A DNA stretch of 64,000 bases from an uncultured Christensenellaceae bacterium (GTDB lineage: Bacteria > Bacillota > Clostridia > Christensenellales > Pumilibacteraceae): positions 9,817-73,816 of the forward strand of contig CAJUKG010000010.1 in assembly GCA_910586925.1 (NCBI GenBank), given 5' to 3'. The notes beneath the pieces are model-generated. The model was not told where the DNA came from. It ran no database searches and worked only from the letters and a program-made list of their open reading frames with translations. The translations under genes and the position numbers were made by a program. Below, in pieces: positions 9,515-16,538 of the stretch. Numbering within the stretch: position 1 is the first letter of the stretch; each line of letters starts with the position of its first letter.

Positions 9515-10411
9515 TTAGCTTGACGTTTTGCGGAGCTTCTGCAAAATCTGCCCGAAGTCGGGCGGTTCGGGCGCGGTAAATTCGACCCGTTCGCCGCTCG
9601 TCGGGTGATCGAACGCGAGATCGTACGCGTGCAATAATTGCCCCGCCGCGCCGAGATCGCGTCCGCCGTACAGCGGATCGCACGACACGGGACAGTGCAT
9701 ATAGCTCGCATGTACTCTTATCTGATGCGTCCGACCGGTATGCAGAGTAAACTCGACGTAACAGTTATTCTTATACCGCTCGAGCACCGCATAATCGGTT
9801 ACGGCACGTCGCCCGTCCCGCACCACCGCCATTTTAAGGCGATTTTTTTTGTCGCGACCTATCGGCGCGTCGATCGTGCCGCTATCCTCTTTAAGATTGC
9901 TGTCGAGCACCGCGCGGTACAGTTTTTTGACCGTATGCGCCGCGAACTGCTCGCCGACGGAAGCGTGCGCCGCGTCCGTTTTGCACACCACCATAAGCCC
10001 CGTGGTGTCCTTGTCGAGCCGATGCACTATCCCCGCCCGCGCCGCGCCGTAAGCGGTCGATACTTTACCGAACCGATATAAAAGCGCGTTCACGAGCGTA
10101 TGATTGCGATTACCCGCACCGGGGTGCACCACAAGCCCGCGCTGTTTATTTATCACCGCTATATCGTTATCCTCGTACACGACGTCGAGCGGGATATCCT
10201 CCGGCTCCACGTCGTCGCTTTCGACAATATCCTCGAACGACACCTCGTCGCCCGTCCTGACCGTCTGCCCCGCCTTGACTGCCGCAACGCCGCCGATAAA
10301 TACTTTACCGCCGTCGATGAGATTTTTTATATGCGAACGCGTGAACTCCGTTTCGTCGGTGAGAAACACGTCGAGCCGCGCGCCGCCTTCGGTGCAGTAT
10401 ACGGTCGTCAT
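9515..10411 (-). CDS. rluD: RluA-family 23S rRNA pseudouridine synthase (RluD-like, with N-terminal S4 domain)
   Basis: RLDVFL...S4-like, HRLDKDTTGLMVV, GRTHQIRVH. Only 15 nt separate its stop from the pyrB start. Confidence 0.88.
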   Translation of the reverse strand: MTTVYCTEGGARLDVFLTDETEFTRSHIKNLIDGGKVFIGGVAAVKAGQTVRTGDEVSFEDIVESDDVEPEDIPLDVVYEDNDIAVINKQRGLVVHPGAGNRNHTLVNALLYRFGKVSTAYGAARAGIVHRLDKDTTGLMVVCKTDAAHASVGEQFAAHTVKKLYRAVLDSNLKEDSGTIDAPIGRDKKNRLKMAVVRDGRRAVTDYAVLERYKNNCYVEFTLHTGRTHQIRVHASYMHCPVSCDPLYGGRDLGAAGQLLHAYDLAFDHPTSGERVEFTAPEPPDFGQILQKLRKTSS

Positions 10412-11205
10412 TCGCCGTCCTCCGTTCTTTCTTCCGTTTCGGGAACGGCTTGCTCCGCCGCATCGCCGCGCTCGACTTCGACAGCGGGCGTATCGACGTT
10501 TTCGGTATCGGCGGTCACGGACGCACCGTCCGCCGCCGTTTCCTCGGTGCCGTTATCGGGATCGACGTTCGCGACAGCAGGCTCGGCATTGTTTTCGGCA
10601 TTGCCGTTCGCGTCCGATTTTTCGAGCGTTTGCACTTTCTTTTTCTTTCGCTCGTCCGAGTGATAGAAAAACAGCAAGTATACGACTATCAGCACCACGC
10701 CGAATATCAGTTCGGCGTCCGCAATATTGAAAATGTACGGTTGGAACGAGAAATGCACGAAGTCGCGCACATAACCGAGGAACATGCGGTCGATACAGTT
10801 GCCCATTGCGCCCGCAACGAACATGGCGATGCCGATGCGGAAAATCTTGCTCTTACCCTTGTTGCGTATCAGTATCAGCACGAACGCAACCGACGCCGCC
10901 ACCGCAAACACGCTGTAAAATATGCGCGCGCCCATGGGCGTGAGCAGATCGACCAAGAACTGCGAGCCGTAAGCCGCACCGACGTTCGTCGTGTAATTGA
11001 TTTGCAAAAATCCGGGTATGAGCACGACGGGATACCGCGAGTCGACGGTAGCGGCGACTATCGCTTTGGTAGCGAGATCGAACGCGAAAAGAGAGATCAT
11101 GACGATCCATTCCATTTTCGCGACCTTGAGATATTCCCAAACCCGCTTCGCTATACTGCGGACTTTCGCCCACAGATTTTGCCAAAAATTATTTCCGTTG
11201 CCCAT
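10408..11205 (-). CDS. lspA: Lipoprotein signal peptidase II with an ~85-aa acidic C-terminal extension
   Basis: INYTTNVGAAYG, GAMGNCIDR, FNIADA. The tail ...DERKKKKVQTLEKSDANGNAENNAEPAVANVDPDNGTEETAADG...TEERTEDGE is not part of canonical LspA. Confidence 0.85.
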   Translation of the reverse strand: MGNGNNFWQNLWAKVRSIAKRVWEYLKVAKMEWIVMISLFAFDLATKAIVAATVDSRYPVVLIPGFLQINYTTNVGAAYGSQFLVDLLTPMGARIFYSVFAVAASVAFVLILIRNKGKSKIFRIGIAMFVAGAMGNCIDRMFLGYVRDFVHFSFQPYIFNIADAELIFGVVLIVVYLLFFYHSDERKKKKVQTLEKSDANGNAENNAEPAVANVDPDNGTEETAADGASVTADTENVDTPAVEVERGDAAEQAVPETEERTEDGE

Positions 11206-11259
11206 AAACCTTTATATCAGTCGAATATTTTCGCGTTTTACCGCAGAGCGCATTACCGT

Positions 11260-11865
11260 CTATTCGCCGTCCGGTTTAAGGACGTCAATCGTATCGGGCG
11301 TTATCAAAAACAGATTGCGACGGATCGCCATTACTCTGTCGCCGAGTGCGTACGCCGCACCCGAAGTGAAGTCCATAAGACGTTGCGCGTCGGGCGAATC
11401 CGCTATCGGGTCGAGATCGACGAGAGCAGGCTCGCGACGGCGCAGGTATGCTATCAGCTGTTCCACGTCGCGCGTGGTGCGCGGACGGTATATCACGAAA
11501 TTCTGATTGAGCTGCGGCGACACGTACTGATCGAGTGTGGGAAGCGGGATCGACTGCGGAACACCCGCTTGCTGCGGCATCACGTTCGCGAACTGCGGCG
11601 GACGCGCCATACTGCTCTCCGCACGGGCTTGCGCGGTGCTTGCCTGCGGCGGAGGCGTATACAGCGGCGGTTGTTGTGCCGCGTACGGCTGCGTCGGTTG
11701 AGCAAACATGGGCGGCACCTGTTGCTGCGGCGCGGTCGCGCCGAAAAGCGACCGACCGGTATAATTACCGCTCGCGTCGTGAGTATCCTCGTACACTTCG
11801 GGTTCGCCGCCGTTGTAGTTGCTTGCGTTGCGCAAGAACGCATCAAAGAAATCTCCGTTTGCCAT
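11260..11865 (-). CDS. sepF: Cell division protein SepF
   Basis: Q/P-rich linker followed by FVIYRPRTTRDVEQLIAYLRRREPALVDLD...LMDFTSGAAYALGDRVMAIRRNLFLITP (DUF552/SepF core). GGAG RBS. Confidence 0.88.
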   Translation of the reverse strand: MANGDFFDAFLRNASNYNGGEPEVYEDTHDASGNYTGRSLFGATAPQQQVPPMFAQPTQPYAAQQPPLYTPPPQASTAQARAESSMARPPQFANVMPQQAGVPQSIPLPTLDQYVSPQLNQNFVIYRPRTTRDVEQLIAYLRRREPALVDLDPIADSPDAQRLMDFTSGAAYALGDRVMAIRRNLFLITPDTIDVLKPDGE

Positions 11866-11873
11866 AACCGCTC

Positions 11874-12545
11874 CTATTTTGTTATCGGTTGCCGCTCGCC
11901 GAATATCGCCGAGCCTATCCGCACCATGTTGCTGCCGAATCCTATCGCTTTCTCGAAATCGCCGCTCATTCCGACAGACAGTATGTCGAACGCGCCGCCG
12001 CGATTTGCGTTATACATTGCGTACAGTTCGCGGTATACTTCGTCGCTCGCGCCTTTCGGCGGGACCGACATCATGCCGCACACCGTTATGCCGGGAAGCC
12101 CTTCCGCCGCGCGAAGAATCGCGTCAAACTCCGCTTTGCTTGCGCCCGTTTTGGTCGCTTCGCCCGCCGCATTTACCTCGATAAGCACGCGCTGATCGAC
12201 GCCGCGTTTCGTCGCGAGCCGACTAATTTCTTCGGCGAGTTCGATTGAGTTTACCGACTGAATAAGCTCGATATTCCCGACGAGGTACTTCGCCTTGTTG
12301 CGCTGCAACGTGCCTATAAAGTGGGATTTTGCGGGTTTTACGGCGTCGCGCTTTTCGAGATACTCTTGCACCCTGTTCTCGCCTATGTCCGTTACGCCGA
12401 AATCTATCGCCGCATTGACGAGTTCCGCAGGCACCGTTTTCGTCGCCGCAACGAGCGTTACACCGTCACCCGCCGCGGCTATCCGCGCCGCGACCGATTG
12501 AATATTGCGTTGTAGTGCGTCTACCGTCATGCTATATTCTACCAT
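11874..12545 (-). CDS. ylmE: YggS/YlmE-family pyridoxal-phosphate homeostasis protein
   Basis: LVAATKTV, HFIGTLQRNKAKY, LSVGMSGDF. The track start is TTG 12551. ATG 12545 lies 5 nt after a TATAAT box, so the mRNA may be leaderless. ATG 12530 is also possible. Confidence 0.85.
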   Translation of the reverse strand: MVEYSMTVDALQRNIQSVAARIAAAGDGVTLVAATKTVPAELVNAAIDFGVTDIGENRVQEYLEKRDAVKPAKSHFIGTLQRNKAKYLVGNIELIQSVNSIELAEEISRLATKRGVDQRVLIEVNAAGEATKTGASKAEFDAILRAAEGLPGITVCGMMSVPPKGASDEVYRELYAMYNANRGGAFDILSVGMSGDFEKAIGFGSNMVRIGSAIFGERQPITK

Positions 12546-12550
12546 TTTCA

Positions 12551-12579
12551 ATTATACTATAAAATCGTGAAAAAATCAA
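12551..12579 (-). promoter_or_regulatory. Putative promoter of the ylmE-sepF-lspA-rluD-pyr gene string
   Basis: Minus strand: TTGATT (12579..12574), 17 nt spacer, TATAAT (12556..12551). The first in-frame ATG begins 5 nt downstream. Confidence 0.5.
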
Positions 12580-12580
12580 C

Positions 12581-12770
12581 TTTTTTTCACGGCTTCGATA
12601 CCATAATTTTTATGGTTATTCTCGTGGCAGTTATCGTTCGTATACGGTTACCGTTTACGGCGTGCCGAGGACGTCACACCCTACAACCGCTCGCAATGAT
12701 ATTTCCGATTGATTGTAGGGAGCGCAGACCCTCGCGCCACGCACGCGGAGAAATCTATTACGATTTATGC
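12581..12770. repeat. Member of an intergenic repeat family (REP/MITE-like), copy A
   Basis: 12581..12601 tttttttcacggcttcgatac resembles 26621..26640 tttttttacggcttcggtac. 12619..12644 ttctcgtggcagttatcgttcgtata resembles 26661..26686 ttcttgcggcatgtatcgttcgttta. There is an internal inverted repeat, CCCTACAA (12679..12686) / TTGTAGGG (12713..12720); the same words occur at 51861 and 51994. Confidence 0.55.
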
Positions 12771-12815
12771 GCCAATAGAAAAGACTCTCACACAACAAGA
12801 GTCTTTTCGTGCTCA

Positions 12816-14375
12816 TTACTCGGGCTTGCCGTAAGCGGTATTCAAATTTTTCTTTGCTTCGTTGTAACTTTCGTCGAGCTTTTCCTTTGCCGTCTTTGCT
12901 TTTTCCTTTAATTTATCCAATTTTTGTTTATCCTCGAACGACAGATCATCGGCACTGCGCTCGGCGTCGGCGATCTTTCTTTCGATATCGGATATAGTTT
13001 CTTGTTTCAGCTTATAATCCGATTCGATTTGGCTTGCATTTATCGTATAATCCAAACCGTCGAGCATTGCCAAAACATTATTCAACGACTCATTAGCGAT
13101 TTCTTCGGCGTACGCCTCCCCCTGCGCTATCAAATCGCCATGCCCCATATTCTCGGGTATGCCGAGCCTATCCGCACCGACAACGCCGACGCCCTCCGAC
13201 GTGATAAACGCTATTATTATCACGAACAATATCCCGATCGCCATATAGATATACCCTATTATTCGCGCGACCCAATATAAAACAGACATAAAACCGTAAA
13301 ACTTGGGAAATTCGTGCAGTTTACAGAAAAACGCATATCCACTCAACTGACTGCGCCAAAGCGACGATATTAGCAACATTATAACAAATACGGCGGTCAA
13401 TACTCCCGCTATAACATACAAAACGGAAGCATCTCTTACTATTCCTCGCCACCATGCAAATGCCGCCAAACCGCCCGCAAGTAGCGATATTAGCAGTAGA
13501 GCAATATTTCTCTTTGCCAAAGCGTAATTCGCCGCCCATATCACTTTTGCGTCGCTGTCAGATATATCGCGAAGCGGTGCCCATTCTTTGATCGCAACGG
13601 TTTTTACACGCATCCCTCTGTTTTTGAAATCGCGCAACTTGAGAGGTTTGACCCTGTCGTTTTCTTTTGACGTTTCGTCCGAACATTCTATTTTACATGA
13701 GGTATCCCTTTTCCAATCTTTTCCTTTTGCAATATTATCCCATTGCGATTTCGTCCCGTTGTACGATATAGATTTCAACCCCGAACTCGCAAATGCGTAA
13801 TCGCCTATTTTCCGCAATCCAGTCGGCAATACGATACTGCGCATTTTTGTACATTCCTCAAAAGTGCTTCCGTCTATCTCCTGCACACCCTGCGGAATAT
13901 TTACGGACAGCAATTTTTCGCAAAATGCGAACGCGCTTCCGCCTATATATGTTACGGTTTCGGGTATAATCAAAGACTCAAGACTCACGCATTGCTGAAA
14001 TGCTCCGCCGCCTATCTTGCTCAAACCGTCGGGTAGCGACACGTCGCGTAACTTATCGCAACCCCAAAACGTGCCCGGACTTAATTCGGTAACGCTGTCG
14101 GGAACAGTAACGGCTTCAAGCTCCTCGCACCCCGCAAAAGCTCTGAACCCGATATCCGTCACGCCGTGCGGTATAATGATAGTCTTAAGCGCGTCGCACC
14201 CCTCGAACGCCGATTCACCGATAATGCGCAGACCGTCCGGTAAAATCACCGTTTCCACATCGGCATACGCAAAAGCCTCCTCGCCTATTTCGTTGATACC
14301 GTCGGGAACGGTCACACGATCGTCGCTTCCGCAATATTTTACGATCACGCCGTCGCGAATTTCAAAATCTTCCAT
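12816..14375 (-). CDS. BspA-type leucine-rich-repeat protein with a 4-TM region and a C-terminal coiled coil
   Basis: Start at MEDFEIRDG (ATG 14375, AGGAG RBS). There are about 8 units of the ~23-aa type ...IPDGVTxIGxxAFxGCxxLxxV... This is followed by hydrophobic segments (LLLISLLAGGLAAFAWW, VLYVIAGVLTAVFVIMLLI, MSVLYWVARIIGYIYMAIGILFVIIIAFI) and a K/E-rich coiled-coil tail. No signal peptide is present. Confidence 0.8.
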   Translation of the reverse strand: MEDFEIRDGVIVKYCGSDDRVTVPDGINEIGEEAFAYADVETVILPDGLRIIGESAFEGCDALKTIIIPHGVTDIGFRAFAGCEELEAVTVPDSVTELSPGTFWGCDKLRDVSLPDGLSKIGGGAFQQCVSLESLIIPETVTYIGGSAFAFCEKLLSVNIPQGVQEIDGSTFEECTKMRSIVLPTGLRKIGDYAFASSGLKSISYNGTKSQWDNIAKGKDWKRDTSCKIECSDETSKENDRVKPLKLRDFKNRGMRVKTVAIKEWAPLRDISDSDAKVIWAANYALAKRNIALLLISLLAGGLAAFAWWRGIVRDASVLYVIAGVLTAVFVIMLLISSLWRSQLSGYAFFCKLHEFPKFYGFMSVLYWVARIIGYIYMAIGILFVIIIAFITSEGVGVVGADRLGIPENMGHGDLIAQGEAYAEEIANESLNNVLAMLDGLDYTINASQIESDYKLKQETISDIERKIADAERSADDLSFEDKQKLDKLKEKAKTAKEKLDESYNEAKKNLNTAYGKPE

Positions 14376-14469
14376 AAACAATTTTTCTCCTTTGAAATAT
14401 AAATACATTATATACCCCAAAATGAGGTATGTCAAGTATTTTACCACGATCCGAGGTATAATATGTTAT

Positions 14470-14673
14470 ATGAACAAATTCCACATTCGATTAAAAGAAT
14501 CACGACTCGAAAAAGGATTACGGCAAAGCGAGCTTGCCGAATTCTTAAACGTCGATCAACGCACTATAAGTAATTGGGAAAACGATATACGCGAGCCGAA
14601 TATAGACATGATCATCAAAATCGCGCAATACTTTGAGATTTCCACCGATTACCTGCTCGGAAACTCCGATTGA
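14470..14673 (+). CDS. XRE-family helix-turn-helix transcriptional regulator (67 aa)
   Basis: MNKFHIRLKESRLEKGLRQSELAEFLNVDQRTISNWENDIREPNIDMIIKIAQYFEISTDYLLG, a Cro/CI-type HTH. It is the real part of track ORF 14017..14673 and is divergent from the LRR gene. Confidence 0.8.
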   Translation: MNKFHIRLKESRLEKGLRQSELAEFLNVDQRTISNWENDIREPNIDMIIKIAQYFEISTDYLLGNSD

Positions 14674-14694
14674 CATTTGTGTATACGTATCTAA

Positions 14695-14745
14695 CAAACA
14701 ACCGCTCCCGACATATCACATGTCGAAAGCGGTTGTTTTATTTCC
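14695..14745. terminator. Bidirectional compound hairpin terminator between the XRE gene and hydA
   Basis: AAACAACCGCTcc-CGACAT-atcac-ATGTCG-aa-AGCGGTTGTTTTATTT. Confidence 0.6.
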
Positions 14746-14766
14746 GTGTATTTATAAAATAGAATT

Positions 14767-16512
14767 TTAATACTTATTGCGTTTTACGTAGCTCGTGTGC
14801 AGGATCTCGTGAGCTTTGTGTCCGCCCGGTTCGCCGAAGAATTCGCCGTACAGCGTTTTGACTACGGGGTTCTCGTGGCTCTTACGAAGCGCAGATTTCT
14901 TATCCTTGCCGTAAAGCACTTTCGCACGCGTCTTTCTCACGTCGACGACGTTGCGCGTTTGGGAATCGACGATCGGCTGACCGCCGCCGTTTACGCAACC
15001 GCCGGGGCACGCCATGATCTCGATAAAGTGATACTTGCTCTTACCCGCTTTTATCTCGTCCATGAGCACGCGCGCATTGCCAAGCCCGCTCGCCACCGCG
15101 ATATTGAGCGTTTTGCCGCCGATCTTGAGCGTCGCTTCCTTGATGCCTTTGGTGCCGCGCACCGCTTTATAGTCGACGTTCTCGAGCGTTTTACCCGTCA
15201 CGACTTCCGCAACGGTACGAAGCGCGGCTTCCATAACGCCGCCAGTCGCGCCGAATATAAGACCTGCGGTACTGCCTTTGCCGATCGGGTCGTCGAACTC
15301 CGCTTTCGGGTCGAGCGATTTGAAGTCGATGCCGTACTTCTTGATGAGGCGAGCAAGCTCGCGTGTGGTTATCGACACGTCGATATCGGGTACGCCCGCC
15401 GCCGACTGATCGTCGCGGGTAAGCTCGAATTTCTTCGCTATGCACGGCATAACGGTGACGACGGCGAGGTTTTTCGGGTCGATACCGAGCTTCTTTGCAT
15501 AGTACGTTTTCATGATAGCACCGAACATCTGTTGCGGCGATTTGCATGTGGACAAATTCGCGAGCTGTTCGGGATAGTTATATTCGATAAATCTGATCCA
15601 GCCGGGACTGCACGAAGTGATCATCGGAAGGGTCGCGTTCGGATCGTTGAGCCGAGCCAAGAACTCCGTGCCCTCCTCCATTATCGTCATATCCGCCGCC
15701 ATGTTCACGTCGAACACTTTGTCAAACCCGATGCTCTTGAGCGCGGCGACCATTCTGCCCTCGGTGTCCGTTCCGATGGGATACCCGAACTCCTCGCCGA
15801 GCGCGGCGCGGACTGCGGGCGCGGTACCGACAACGACCGTCTTTTCGGGGTCGTTAAGCAGTTTTTCCACGTCCGCGAGGTTGTCCTTTTCGCGAAGTGC
15901 GCCCGTCGGGCACACGTTGATACACTGACCGCACGCGACGCAAGGCACGTCGCCGAGCGACTTGCCGAACGGACTCGCTATAGCCGTCGCGAAGCCGCGG
16001 TTGTTGGCGTCGATCACGCCGACGGTTTGCAGTTTATTGCACGCCGCGACACAACGCCGACAGAGTATGCATTTGTTGTTGTCGCGAACGAGATACGGCG
16101 TAACGTCGTCCACTTCGTAATCGTTCATTTCGCCGTTGTACTTGAACGGGTCGCAACCGTATTCGGTAGCCAAAGTCTGAAGCTCGCATTTGCCGCTTCT
16201 GACGCATTTCAAGCACTCTTTGTGGTGGTTGGAAAGCATAAGCTCGAGCGTGATCTTGCGCGACGCGATTACTTTGGGCGTGTTCGTGAACACTTCCATG
16301 CCCTCGGCAACCACCGTCGAGCACGCCGTCATGAGCTTGCGATTGTTCTTTATCTCGACCACGCACACGCGGCAACTGCTCTCGTTGCAAAGGTCTTTCA
16401 TGTAGCACAGCGTGGGGATCTTGAAGCCCGCCTTCACAGCCGCGTCGAGTATGCGCGTGCCTTCGGGTACGGTTACGGAAACTCCGTTAATTTTAAGATT
16501 GACGTTTTTCAT
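14767..16512 (-). CDS. hydA: [FeFe]-hydrogenase catalytic subunit (M3-type: 2Fe-2S, His-ligated 4Fe-4S, 2x 4Fe-4S, H-domain)
   Basis: H-cluster motifs VMPCIAKKFE and IEIMACPGGCVNGGGQP are present. The L1 motif reads TSCSPGW (see findings). N-terminal ferredoxin-like cysteine clusters are present. It is adjacent to NuoF- and NuoE-like genes. Confidence 0.9.
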   Translation of the reverse strand: MKNVNLKINGVSVTVPEGTRILDAAVKAGFKIPTLCYMKDLCNESSCRVCVVEIKNNRKLMTACSTVVAEGMEVFTNTPKVIASRKITLELMLSNHHKECLKCVRSGKCELQTLATEYGCDPFKYNGEMNDYEVDDVTPYLVRDNNKCILCRRCVAACNKLQTVGVIDANNRGFATAIASPFGKSLGDVPCVACGQCINVCPTGALREKDNLADVEKLLNDPEKTVVVGTAPAVRAALGEEFGYPIGTDTEGRMVAALKSIGFDKVFDVNMAADMTIMEEGTEFLARLNDPNATLPMITSCSPGWIRFIEYNYPEQLANLSTCKSPQQMFGAIMKTYYAKKLGIDPKNLAVVTVMPCIAKKFELTRDDQSAAGVPDIDVSITTRELARLIKKYGIDFKSLDPKAEFDDPIGKGSTAGLIFGATGGVMEAALRTVAEVVTGKTLENVDYKAVRGTKGIKEATLKIGGKTLNIAVASGLGNARVLMDEIKAGKSKYHFIEIMACPGGCVNGGGQPIVDSQTRNVVDVRKTRAKVLYGKDKKSALRKSHENPVVKTLYGEFFGEPGGHKAHEILHTSYVKRNKY

Positions 16513-16538
16513 ATTAAATATTATCTCCTATTTCCGTA

